Assembly: GCA_045578345.1 (NCBI GenBank)
Contig: JAZNKB010000007.1
Span: forward strand, 85,150 to 149,149
Source of the DNA: Candidatus Onthoplasma sp.
GTDB lineage: Bacteria; Bacillota; Clostridia; Christensenellales; UBA1242
Direction: 5' to 3'
DNA: 64,000 nt
Made by a program: the position numbers and the translations under genes. Of the stretch, positions 9,258-20,500 are shown in pieces. Below the pieces are notes generated by a model. It had not been told where the DNA came from. It was given only the letters and a program-made list of their open reading frames with translations, and made no database searches. Every line of letters begins with the position of its first letter. The first letter of the stretch is position 1.

Positions 9258-9851
9258 ATGGAAAAAAGTGTTGAAGAAGTAAAAAATGAATTTATTGATG
9301 TGTTCAAGAAAAATATAACAAGAGAAGGTGCAGATGCTCTTTTAGATTATTTGCAAAACCACAGCGACTTTTTCTTAGCTCCTGCAAGCGGAAGACGTCA
9401 TTCTTCTTTTGAGGGTGGGCTTTGTTATCATTCGTTAAACACATATAAGAGATTTAAAAACAAAATAATTCAAGAATATGGTGAGAACTACACAGACACA
9501 ATCACAGATGAAAGTATTGCAATAATTGCACTTCTTCATGATGTTTGTAAGGTGAACACATACACTGTTGATTACCGTAATCAAAAAGTTGATGGGCAAT
9601 GGATTCAAGTACCATATTATGCATATAACAACACTCTTCCATATGGTCATGGTGAAAAGTCGGTTTATATTGTGAGCGGATTTATGCGTTTAACTCGCGA
9701 AGAAGCAATGGCAATTAACTGGCATATGGGTGGATTCGATCCACGAACACAAGCAACAACAGATATGAGTGAAGCATTTTCGCGTTTTCCAATGGCTGTT
9801 TTGTTCCATGTGTCTGACTTAGAGGCAACTTATTTGGATGAAAAAAATTAA
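9258..9851 (+). CDS. HD-domain phosphohydrolase
   Basis: RRHSSFEGGLCYH ... LLHDVCK pattern. Tightly linked to hisS. Confidence 0.7.
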   Translation: MEKSVEEVKNEFIDVFKKNITREGADALLDYLQNHSDFFLAPASGRRHSSFEGGLCYHSLNTYKRFKNKIIQEYGENYTDTITDESIAIIALLHDVCKVNTYTVDYRNQKVDGQWIQVPYYAYNNTLPYGHGEKSVYIVSGFMRLTREEAMAINWHMGGFDPRTQATTDMSEAFSRFPMAVLFHVSDLEATYLDEKN

Positions 9852-9902
9852 AACAAATTAACACAATCGTTTGTATTGTCATAAAAATTAAAGAGGTGAT
9901 TT

Positions 9903-10964
9903 ATGGCAGTTGCAAGCGATTTTTTAATTGGAGCAAATGATGAGCATGGGCTTAATCCTCCAACAGTGGGTAAACGTACTCCAGTGATAAATTACATTGG
10001 GCGAAGTTTTTATGAAAACGAGTTTAATTCTCAAGCGAAACTTATGTTTATGCTTGCATGTTTAAGGTGTGGATTTAATGTTTATGACGTTCATCCAGAG
10101 GTTCAAGATGTAAGTGTTAGTACCCGTGTGGTAAGGTCTAATCGCGCTGGTTTAAGTTTGCTGGTAACATTTGCTTATAATGCGTCTGGAGATGGAACAA
10201 CATTTAATTCATCGCGCGGAATTGAAGTTTATTATAGTCCCTTTAATTCCTTTGCAAGTGAGAGCAGAAAACTCAGTGACTTAGTGTTTGAGAAACTCGT
10301 GGAGAACACAAACGTTCCTGGAAGGTTTGTTGGGCAGTTGTCTGTTGGTGTGCTTAGCAATGTTCGAGCCCCTTCAACTCTTGTTGAGGCAGGGTTTATG
10401 ACAAACTGGACAGATGCAAAATTGATGTTAAATCCAATTTATGTTGTTAATGTCGCAGAATCCACTTGTCAAGCGGTGTGTGAATTTTTGGGAGTTCCTT
10501 ATGTTAATCGAGAGCTTAATAACTATCCAATTATTAGAATTGGAAGTCGTGGAAACTTTGTAAGGATTTTGCAATATCTATTAAATTATTATGGTGCAAA
10601 CATTTCAGTTGATGGGGTTTTTGGTGGTGGAACTCAGCGCGCTGTTCAAGAGTTTCAGGGAGCAAATAATTTAACAGTTGATGGAATTGTTGGACGTAAC
10701 ACTTGGAACAAACTTTTGAATTTAAATCCATCAAGCGAAGTGTTAAGACGAGGTAGCGAAAATTCAGCTGTTATGTTCTTGCAAAGATTACTGCTTTCAT
10801 ATTTGTATCCAATCACAAGTTTGGACGGTGATTTTGGACCTGAAACAGAAAGAGCGGTTCGTGCTTTCCAAAGTGAAAACAATTTATCTGTGGACGGAAT
10901 TGTTGGAAGAAATACATGGCAAGCTTTATTTAATTCTTCTGGAAGACCACAAAATCAAAATTAA
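9903..10964 (+). CDS. Amidase_3-like cell-wall protein with two PG_binding_1 domains
   Basis: N-terminal MurNAc-L-Ala amidase-like fold (EHG, ENE, VEAGFMTN). Two C-terminal repeats of the LxVDGxFGxxTxxAVxxFQ type. Confidence 0.7.
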   Translation: MAVASDFLIGANDEHGLNPPTVGKRTPVINYIGRSFYENEFNSQAKLMFMLACLRCGFNVYDVHPEVQDVSVSTRVVRSNRAGLSLLVTFAYNASGDGTTFNSSRGIEVYYSPFNSFASESRKLSDLVFEKLVENTNVPGRFVGQLSVGVLSNVRAPSTLVEAGFMTNWTDAKLMLNPIYVVNVAESTCQAVCEFLGVPYVNRELNNYPIIRIGSRGNFVRILQYLLNYYGANISVDGVFGGGTQRAVQEFQGANNLTVDGIVGRNTWNKLLNLNPSSEVLRRGSENSAVMFLQRLLLSYLYPITSLDGDFGPETERAVRAFQSENNLSVDGIVGRNTWQALFNSSGRPQNQN

Positions 10965-11020
10965 TTATTTAATTAAATAAATATTTTAATAAAAATAATT
11001 AAAAAAATACAAAAAAAATT

Positions 11021-11048
11021 AAAAAATGCAATATTATTGCGTTTTTTT
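11021..11048 (+). terminator. AT-rich intrinsic terminator candidate
   Basis: GCAAT-att-ATTGC flanked by an A-run and T7. Confidence 0.5.
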
Positions 11049-11074
11049 ATTTAATTTATGACAATTATTTAAAT

Positions 11075-11596
11075 ATGAAAAAATTATTAATTGTTTTTGG
11101 TTTGATTTTAATTGTTATTGTGGGTGCATTGTGTGTTCCTAAAAAAGAAATTAATTATGATTATTTACGTTTACATATTCGTGCCAACAGCAACAGCGAG
11201 GTTGACCAAAATATTAAATATGAAATAAAAGATGCAATAGTTGAATTTTTAACGCCACATTTGTGTAATGTTTCAAGCAAAGAAAAAGCAATTAAAGTGG
11301 TTAACAATTATAAATCATTAATGAAAAGTAGATGCTTAGAAATACTTAGGCAAAAGGGGTTTAACTATATGGTCAACATCAAGGTTGATAATGAATTTTT
11401 TCCAACAAGGTCATACGCAAACACGACATTAGAAAGTGGTTATTATGATGCAGTGATCATTGAACTTGGAGAGGCAGTTGGCGATAATTGGTGGTGTGTT
11501 ATGTATCCACCTTTATGTTTTGTGAATAAAAATGAAAATCAAAACCAAATTAAATATAAATCAATAATTTGTGAATGGTTTGAAAAATTATTTTAA
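11075..11596 (+). CDS. spoIIR: stage II sporulation protein R
   Basis: YLRLHIRANSNS and DNWWCVMYPPLCF motifs, with an N-terminal signal/anchor. Confidence 0.85.
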   Translation: MKKLLIVFGLILIVIVGALCVPKKEINYDYLRLHIRANSNSEVDQNIKYEIKDAIVEFLTPHLCNVSSKEKAIKVVNNYKSLMKSRCLEILRQKGFNYMVNIKVDNEFFPTRSYANTTLESGYYDAVIIELGEAVGDNWWCVMYPPLCFVNKNENQNQIKYKSIICEWFEKLF

Positions 11597-11719
11597 TTGT
11601 TGAAATTTTATAAAATAAATAAAAAATATTAAAAATTAATTAAAAATTATTAAAAAATTAATATATTAATTTATTTTTCAAGAAAAACATTTTATAAATT
11701 ATTATTAAAGGTGAAAAAA

Positions 11720-12424
11720 ATGAAAAAAATATTAATTTGTTTACTTATTTTAATTAGTGGTGTTTTTGCTGTTGTAACTTCGGTTGAAACTGTTAAAACT
11801 GAACCGAACCATAATAATGATGTTATAAGCACGATTTCAAGTATGGATGTTGTTGATGCTGCAGTTGCCAACACAACCGAAGTTCAAAAGAGGTTGAAAA
11901 AGTGGGGGTATTATACTGGTGCGGTTGATGGTATTAATGGACCAAAAACAATTGCAGCTGTTAAAAAATTCCAAAAGAAATATGGGTTAACGCAAGATGG
12001 AATTGTTGGACCTTTAACTGCTGCGAAAATGGGAATTAGTGTTTCGGGTTCATCAAGTAGTTCAAGCTATAACAGCAATGATAGATATCTTCTTGCAAAA
12101 GTTATTTATGCTGAAGCGCGTGGTGAAAGTTATACTGGTCAGGTTGCCATTGGTGCTGTGGTTTTAAATCGTGTTGATGATAGCCGTTTTCCGAACACTA
12201 TTGCTGGTGTGATTTATCAGCCATGGGCTTTCACTGCGGTTAATGATGGGCAAATCAATCTTGAGCCAAATCAAAAAGCGTATCAAGCGGCAGATGATGC
12301 TCTTAATGGTTGGGATCCGACTTATGGCTGTGTTTATTATTATAATCCAGAAACAGCAACAAGCAAATGGATTTGGACAACTAAGAAAGTGACTCAAATT
12401 GGAAAGCATGTGTTTGCAGTATAA
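11720..12424 (+). CDS. sleB: spore cortex-lytic enzyme SleB (PG_binding_1 + Hydrolase_2)
   Basis: Signal peptide, PG-binding repeat (GPKTIAAVKKFQKKYGLTQDGIVG), SleB/CwlJ core (VIYAEARGE..GAVVLNRV..YQPWAFTAV). The ATG at 11720 is preferred over the GTG at 11711. Confidence 0.88.
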   Translation: MKKILICLLILISGVFAVVTSVETVKTEPNHNNDVISTISSMDVVDAAVANTTEVQKRLKKWGYYTGAVDGINGPKTIAAVKKFQKKYGLTQDGIVGPLTAAKMGISVSGSSSSSSYNSNDRYLLAKVIYAEARGESYTGQVAIGAVVLNRVDDSRFPNTIAGVIYQPWAFTAVNDGQINLEPNQKAYQAADDALNGWDPTYGCVYYYNPETATSKWIWTTKKVTQIGKHVFAV

Positions 12425-12573
12425 GATGGCTCGAGTTGTTACGTTTTGCTTAGGTGCTACGCAAAGTCGCAAAACCCAATCAGCTCTCGCCTAAAGGGAA
12501 AGCGGATATTAAATTAAGATGGCTCGAGTTGTTACGTTTTGCTTAGGTGCTACGCAAAGTCGCAAAGCCCAAT
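12422..12573 (+). repeat. tandem duplication: two 59-nt copies at 93-nt period, the first starting at the sleB stop codon
   Basis: 12422-12480 and 12515-12573 are identical except for one A/G difference. Each copy contains a GTTTTGC...GCAAAAC stem. Confidence 0.9.
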
Positions 12574-12743
12574 TAACTTTCGTCTTGGGAATAAGTGGGT
12601 TATTTACGGTTATTAGTTTGTTGGTGTTTGCTAGATATAAATTAAGAAAAAGTGTGATTACAAAAATAATCAAGATCTTGCTTGAGTGTTTAAGGTGCGG
12701 GATAAACATATTGTTTAGCAGGTTTGGGTATGGGATTGTTTAA
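12519..12743 (+). CDS. possible small membrane protein (74 aa) starting inside repeat copy 2
   Basis: ORF track. One hydrophobic segment (GISGLFTVISLLVF). Local G+C is clearly higher than other spacers. No convincing RBS. Confidence 0.25.
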   Translation: MARVVTFCLGATQSRKAQLTFVLGISGLFTVISLLVFARYKLRKSVITKIIKILLECLRCGINILFSRFGYGIV

Positions 12744-12793
12744 ATGAAGAACTGTATTTAAATTAAATGAAGTAAAATTAAAGGGGGTAAAAA

Positions 12794-14230
12794 ATGAATG
12801 AAAAAAACAACATAACTAGTGTGGATTACGAAAAAGAACAACAATATAGTGTGTCAAAAGTCAATCAAGATAAAAGCACAAAAAACAAAAGCAAAGCGCA
12901 AAAAGCGCTTCCTTGGCTTATTGTTGCGATAGTGAGTTTGTTGATAATTTTAACTTGCACTTTAATTGCATATTATCAAGTGTATTCGTCAGGCAAGCAA
13001 AATGCGAATGTGTTGGAAGGTGTTTATACGTCGAGTTACTATTCAATGGTGGATAATGTTAATAATCTTTCGGTTGATTTGGCGAAGTATTCAACTCTTT
13101 CAACAAAGCAAGCAAAAATAAACACAATGCAAGATATGATGGTTGATTGTAATTATATTTTGGCGGGTTTAAGTGTTTTACCAATTGATGAAGAGAATGT
13201 TGTTTCTGCAACAAAGTTTTTTAATCAAATTAATGGCTTGAGTGAATCGTACATTAATAAATTAAATCAAGGAGAAACTCTTTCTGTTGAAGAGGAATTG
13301 GTTTTTGATAAAATTGCGATTGTTGTGGGGAAAATTAAGGCAAATTTCAACAAACAGAATGAAGGAATGTATGACACAGGGTTTAATTTTGTTGATGCGA
13401 GCATCTTTGATAATACTGGAATGAATGAATTGTCTGCTGGAATGGGAGATTTAACCGGTGCAAGCATTGAATATCCTGCAATGATTTTTGATGGTCCATT
13501 TTCAACCGCGCTTGAAACAAAGGTTGTTAAAGGGCTTTCTGAAAAAGAAGTGAGTGAAGAGCAAGCTAGTGAATATTTAAAGAATGTTGTTTATAAGAAC
13601 AGGGATGTTGAAATTGTTTTCGAAAGAGAAACTGATGGAGATATTGTAACTTATGATTATTCTGTTGAGATTGATGGTAAAGATTTTAATGCGCAAGTAA
13701 GCAAACGAGATTCTTTGCTTATGACCATTTCTGGTTATGCAGAAGGTGGTGACCCAATTATGAGTGGAGAGCAAGCGGTTGAAATGGCAAAAAGTTTTGC
13801 AAATAATATTGGTTTTGAAAATATGAATAGTGTGTGGTTGGAAATTAATCAAAATGTTGCATATGTAAATCTTGCGCCAGTTGAAAATGATGTTATTATG
13901 TATCCTGATCTTGTGAAAATTAAAGTTGATTTAACATCTCAAGATATTATTGGTTTTGAAGCTGTAAACTACGCATTAAATCATGTGGATAGAGATGTTG
14001 AGTTTAATGCTTCTATTGATGATGTTGAAAGTTTGCTTGGGTTTGACTATAATATTTTGAAAACAAGCAAGGCGGTGATTAGGCTTGATAGCGGAAAAGA
14101 AATTGCTGTTTATGAATTTATAGCTGAAAGAATTGATGGAACTTATTTCTATTATATTGACGCAAATTCTCCTGAAATTGTTAAAACTATGAAATTGGTT
14201 AAAATAAAAAATGTTGAAAAATTAATTTAA
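12794..14230 (+). CDS. ypeB: germination protein YpeB
   Basis: N-terminal TM anchor, YpeB-like N-domain, C-terminal PepSY-like repeats. Sits downstream of sleB as in Bacillus. RBS AAGGGGG. Confidence 0.8.
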   Translation: MNEKNNITSVDYEKEQQYSVSKVNQDKSTKNKSKAQKALPWLIVAIVSLLIILTCTLIAYYQVYSSGKQNANVLEGVYTSSYYSMVDNVNNLSVDLAKYSTLSTKQAKINTMQDMMVDCNYILAGLSVLPIDEENVVSATKFFNQINGLSESYINKLNQGETLSVEEELVFDKIAIVVGKIKANFNKQNEGMYDTGFNFVDASIFDNTGMNELSAGMGDLTGASIEYPAMIFDGPFSTALETKVVKGLSEKEVSEEQASEYLKNVVYKNRDVEIVFERETDGDIVTYDYSVEIDGKDFNAQVSKRDSLLMTISGYAEGGDPIMSGEQAVEMAKSFANNIGFENMNSVWLEINQNVAYVNLAPVENDVIMYPDLVKIKVDLTSQDIIGFEAVNYALNHVDRDVEFNASIDDVESLLGFDYNILKTSKAVIRLDSGKEIAVYEFIAERIDGTYFYYIDANSPEIVKTMKLVKIKNVEKLI

Positions 14231-14241
14231 AAATTAAAAAA

Positions 14242-14276
14242 TACACCAAAAAATTAATAATAATGGTGTGTTTTTT
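14242..14276 (+). terminator. intrinsic terminator
   Basis: ACACCA-15nt-TGGTGT followed by T6. Confidence 0.6.
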
Positions 14277-14417
14277 ATTAATTTTTTAAAATTTTCATAA
14301 TTTTTTTTAAAAAATATTTTGAAAGTATAAATAAAAAAATTGAAAATTTAAAAAACATTCTATAATATAGGTTGTTTTTGATATTTAAGAAAAATGTAAA
14401 AAAATAAATATAATTGT

Positions 14418-14446
14418 TTGGAAATCCTCTTTTAATATGATATAAT
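14418..14446 (+). promoter_or_regulatory. sigma-A type promoter with extended -10 for the giant gene
   Basis: TTGGAA (14418-14423), 17-nt spacer ending in TGa, TATAAT (14441-14446). Confidence 0.55.
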
Positions 14447-14512
14447 TAAATAAATATTTATTATATTTAATAATTCCGCACGGTTGTGGAAAAAATAAAA
14501 AGGGGAAATATT

Positions 14513-17500
14513 TTGAAGGGGAAAATATTAAGTTTAAAAATTGTTTTGACGTTGTTGCTTTTGTTGACGGCGAGTTTTTGCTTTGTTGCAAATCCAATAA
14601 ACGAAACAAAGAATTCTACGAAGACAATTGTTGCGTTGGAAAAAGTTAAGCTTGGGACAGATGAAGAAGAATTTAGTGCGCTTGCAGATGGAGGCGTGAT
14701 TCTTTCTGTTGAAAAAGTTAAAGTTAACAGCAACGAAACCGAGTATCAAGATGAAGACGAAAATACATATAGTTATCCAAACCTACTAATGGATGGAGCT
14801 CATAAAACGTTCTATGGGTCTTATGATGCAGTTTTGGAAAAACATCAAAAAGATTATGAAAAAGATAATCCTAATCCATATTCACCGTCGAGTGATGCTC
14901 CTGTTTATAATTCGGGTAATGAAAGTTACGATAGCAGACTATATACTTTCATGGATATTCCTAATAAGGATTCTTCAAAAACAGTTGTTGAAGACGGCAA
15001 GTTTGTTAAACTTGATAACACAACAAGTTCTGGAAAGATTGTAATGCCGGATGACGATAAATTTCAAGAAGCTGTTATGATTTCATTCGGTGCTTATGTG
15101 TTGGATCAAGGTGTTATTGAAACTGCAATCAATGACGATCCAGCAACAACAGATATAAACGAAACCTTTTGCGCAAAAATAACTCAACTAGAAGTTGAAG
15201 TGCATAAAGATGGAAAAAAACAAACAAATATTCCTAACGTTAGAAATATTGGAACTGCCGGAACTGGATTGTATTTCGATTTTTGTTATTTAATCACTCA
15301 AGAAGAAGACAATTCAAATGAAGGATACTATCAACTTAGTTTTAAATATTTGGTTAATTATGTTGAATATAATGCAAACTTCGAATTCTATATATTAAAC
15401 AACTCAACATATAATCAACAAGTCAAACCTAACGGGCAAGACTTAGGGTATGAATCACGACCAACTTTAGGGTGGATTGAAAGCGGTGCAAATAGTGAAT
15501 TTGTTAAAAATCCAAATAATGGCGACAATTATGTTAGATATATGATTGGTTATCACGGAATCTCTTCAGATTACTTTGCTTACCCAACAATCACATATGA
15601 TTACACAAAATATAAATTGACTTATGATCATATAGCAAACCAAAAGAAAACCTCTTATGACTTATCTGTTTCATATAAAAAAACTGGTGAAGCATCATTA
15701 ATTATGACTGCAACATCAAGTTCTGGAACAACCACAACCCCTTTCGAACTTGTTGATTATCACGAATTAAATTTAAACAATTTTGTTACAATAATGTTCA
15801 CAGAACCAGGGACATATGAATTTAATAGTGTATACTTATATCGTGGATATAACTCCAATGTTGCTCCGGATTTGGATTTTGCTCCAATAACAACAAGACT
15901 TTCAATTCATGGAATGAGTGTGCAATACTCAAAAACAAATCAAGAAAGTGCAAATCTTCAATATTTTGAATTGGCATATGAAGAAGGAAATAATGTTGAT
16001 TTAATTATTCCAAATGGATATGAATTGAGTTCAGAGCTTGAAGATAATCAAACACTTGGTTTTGTTTATAAGTTGATTAAAAGAGAAACTCTTGAAGGTG
16101 ATGATGCTAGCGAAACAAAAATGGAAAGAGAAGGAAATATTCTTTCTTCAAATAGCTTAAATTCGTTAATGAACGGAACTTTGTTGAATTCTTCTCACAA
16201 TTCAACTGAAGACTCAGATTTGAAATATTTAACAGAAGAAAGAACTGATGTTGATGCAACAAATAAAGAAGTTACATTGTTGAGAATTAACGATGAAGAT
16301 CAATACACATCAGAAATTGGCGGAAACATTCAAACTATTCTAGATAAAATTGAATATGTTGAAACAAATCAGGGGTCTTTGTGGATTCAAGGTAATGACA
16401 AATTCACTTCAAACAGTTTCTATTATTATAGTCCAACAAACATTGAATTGTTCAAAATAGATGATGGTGGCACACCTGCAAATGCAGCTGACGATACATG
16501 GGTTTCAACCGATTTAACATCTTCATCATTCACAAATATTACAACTTTCAATAAAAAAGGTTATTATCTTGCGTTTATTGAAGTTGAGCCAAGTGGAATG
16601 GCAAGTTCAAACAGTTTCTGGCAAATCTTTGCATTCCAATACACTGCAAGCTCAGTTAACATCAATATCAAAGCTGTTGACGATAAAGGTACTGAAGAAA
16701 CAGCTGACGATACAAGAGTTGATGTTGCGGGTGGAAAATTTACAAACAAACCAGTAGAAATCTCTTGGGTTAAACCTGGAGTGTTTGATAGAGAAATTTT
16801 AGGTTATTATTATTTATCAAAAAATGAAGTGAAGGACAAAGATCAACTTCTTAAAACAGATAAAGAAGAGTTGGTTGTTGTTGAAGAAAAAGTATATAAT
16901 GGTGAGATTTGTTGTGTTGCTCAGTTGGGTGATAGAACACAAATTCCAGAAAATTCATTTGGTAAATATTTAATTCGATTGGAAAGTGAAGGAGATAGTG
17001 CAACACTCAAAACGTTCACAATCGACCGCCAACCAATAGCTGGAGTGCAACCATACTTAATTCAAGCACATGAAACAGCAAATTCAATTTATTATTCTTT
17101 CAAAACGGATGTAAATAATCAGATAATTCCAATTGACAATTCAGTTACTGATAGTTATGCAACATTAAAATGGGACGATAAAGATAGTAATGCTGACATC
17201 ACGGCAACTTATTCATTCACACCATTTGAAATTGCTACAAAAACAGACGCCCCTGTGAATATGATGAATGGAAACAATGGTGCTGACTGGGTGTTAAGCA
17301 ACTACGTTTTAGGTAATACTAGTTTCGGCTTAGAATTGGTTAGACCTGTTTCTGAATCTCTTGTTTCAGGCGAAAGTGTTTTATTCAGTCAGGGTATATA
17401 TTTAATCACACTCAAAGATGAGGCTGGAAACGAAACGGTTTATGCGTTTGTGATTGATAGAACTAACGGGTACTTCAAAATTGGAGAAGGAGAAGATAGT

Positions 17501-20500
17501 CAATTCGTTACAAACACAACAGTTGTTTCAGGAGAAAATATAGAATTTGATATCGGTGAATACAAAGCGTTTAAACTTGATTTGACACCAGACACTGATT
17601 TGCAAAAGTTTGTTAATGCGGCTGCAACAAATGATTACACAAACTTCCCAAAATATTATTCAGACGCATGGAACAAAACATCTTTATCTAAGTTGTTCCA
17701 AAAAAATGGAAGTGATTATTATTTTACAATCGAAAATATTGGTGTTGTTACATACGATGGCGAGTTGCTAGATAAAGATCCAAATGCTCCAACTGAAGTG
17801 GAGGACGAAATTATATATGATGAGAGTGAAAATTCAACATATTATCACCGAACAATTTACATTAAAAGCATAAATAGTGTTTATACAACACATAATTCGA
17901 TTTATAACACAAGTAATTCTTATATCAATGCAATTATTAACAAAGACAATGCAAGAGGAGCGGTTTATCATTCAAATGTTAAAATTGATATTGATAATGT
18001 TCCTGAGTTTGGACAAGAAACCCAAAATATAAAATTGTTAGATACAGGAAAAGGTGACACTCATGAGCAAGGAATTTCAAAAGCAGAAGCAACAAGTGCA
18101 AAGCATGTTGGTTTCACTTGGATTAAAGGTTCTGGTCAGTTTGAAGTTTCAAAGGTTTATTATAAGATATATTCATTAAGTCAAAATTCATGGGATAACA
18201 ATCCTGAAACAGATAATGTTTATTTTTACTATAGCAACGACTCAGATCCAATTATGGCATATGCAAATGGAGAAGCTAAACCTGGAACAACCGATGAGGG
18301 TGAAAGATGTGTAATTTCGTTTAATAATAACAATGAAAGTAAAGCTGGTCTTTATGTTGTAACAAGAGAATATAAGGAAATTGAAAACGCAGACTTGGGT
18401 GAAGATGTTAGGATTAGAAATTATTACTTCATTGTTGATAGAAACGGAATCATTCAAGGTGAAGTTGGTGGAAATATTAAGTTAGAACTTATGGAAGGCC
18501 AAACAGAACTTTCAAAGAGTGATTTCTCTCTTCAAAACGCAGATTATGGTGTTCTAGATGATGAAGAATCGGGAATTTCTAATGAAAAGTATTATATATA
18601 TTTGTCAACAACAAAACTTCCAGCAACCCTTAATATTCCAACAGGAAAATATGTTGATGAAAACAATCACAGCAGTAGTTTGTATGAAGCTGGTAAATTG
18701 GATGTTAGAGTGTATTATATTAACACTAAAAATCAAATCAAAGGACAACCAGATCAAATTAAAATTTACGATTCAATTTATATGGCTAATAAGGACAAAC
18801 TAATAGTTGGTGCAGATGGAACATATACAATTGATATATATGAATATCTGTCTTATGAGAACATAGTTATTCGCGATCTTCTCACAGAATCATCGTCTGG
18901 AACGAACAAAGATAGAAGAGAATGGTTGTTCTTGCCGGGTAGATATGTTGTTAGAATCTCTGATAACGTTAAGGATTCATCGGAAAAGAAACAAGTAAAA
19001 CTTATTGGTTTTGAAATTGTGTCAAAAGATGAAACAGGTCCAGAAATTGATAAATACACTGGCTCAACAAAGCAGGACATGATTAAGTTGAACGAATTGT
19101 CGTCAGGAACAACAGAAAACAACTTTACTGTAAGTCAAGAATACTTAAAAGTTGTTCTTCCTCCATATGATGAAAATATTGAAACAAGAGCTCAAGTTGA
19201 CCCATCTTATATTGTTGTTAAACAATATGTTGGAAACAGCACTGTTGGTGAAGATTATTTGATTCACGACTATGTTCCTGGTGGGGCAATAAGTTTAACA
19301 GAAAATTCAAAGTTTGTTACAATTGATGATAACGGAACAGAAAATGACAAAAGTGATGATTTAATCAATATTTGGTTAGACACAAAACTAAGAGTTGACC
19401 CAGATGATCCAAATTCAGAAATTGACTATGATAATTTAAATAAAGCTTTAAGGTATGAAATTACAATAAGATATAAATTAAATAATCTCAAAGATTCTAA
19501 TGATAGAAATTGGACAAAGGAAAATTGTGAAAGATATAAAAATTGTTACATATATTACACCGATAATAATGAATTGGTAGAGTATTATCAAACAACTTAT
19601 ACAATAAGAATCGACCGTGAAGCGCCAAGCAAAAATATAACTGAATTGAACACAAACGATCCGATGGCTAATGATTATGTTACAGATCAAGAAGTTGACA
19701 GTATGTTTGAAAATGGTGTTCATCGTACGGGTTCTAACTTATATTTTACAAAACAATATTCAAAATATTATCAAACAAACAGAGAAAACAAAGGTCATAT
19801 TTATGCTTACATGGTTTATGGTAAAACAATTTTTGATTGGACTGATGTAAACAAAGTTTTAGTTAAAAAAATTGGCACATACGCTGATCTTGCGCAATAC
19901 AACTTAACATTACCAGTTGTGGATGAGGGTTCTTATAATAAAGTTGAAGCTAAAGAAAGAACTTATGGTCAGCTTGGTGAGTTTAATGAAAGCAACACTT
20001 ATTATGAAGTTGTTGAATTCGATTTTGCGGGTAATGCAACTCAATATGTGATTCATTATGAACCAGTAGCACCAATGATTGAAATTCCAATAATTGGTAC
20101 GTTAACAACGAGTGGAGAAAAATCTGTTAAAATAACATTGGATGAAAACGAACAAATTAACATTTTCGAACTTAAATTAGGAAATTGGGAAGAATTTAGA
20201 AGAAATGATAATTTCTATAAAATTGAATTGTTTAAATCTGGCAAATCAATTTATTCCGTTTTCACAAATGCAACAACTGACTATGAAAAAGAACTTCAAA
20301 CAATTGTTGAAAAAATCGAAAAAGAGAAATTCGGATTCTTCACAATAACAATAACATCACGTAAAGGTGAAATTGTTGATTCACGTGTGGTTTTAAGCAA
20401 GGTTTCAAGTTCAATTAATATAAACCTTTTCAACAGTGAAGATGTGATTCCTTTAGATATTGAAGACTTGATTATTAAAGGTGATTCATATAAAATTGAT

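Noticed and set aside
12440-12475. ACGCAAAG / GCAAAACC strings suggested a c-di-GMP-I (GEMM-I) riboswitch in the sleB-ypeB repeats
   Set aside because: The order and context of the elements do not match the GEMM-I consensus as I remember it. There is no GGCAAACC...GGGACGCAAAGCC arrangement and no P1 closure. Treated as an unexplained repeat instead.
12164-12709. Minus-strand ORFs 12164..12472 and 12509..12709 sharing the peptide RLCVAPKQNVTTRAIL
   Set aside because: The shared peptide is a by-product of translating the two repeat copies. The first ORF is antisense to sleB. Neither has an RBS.
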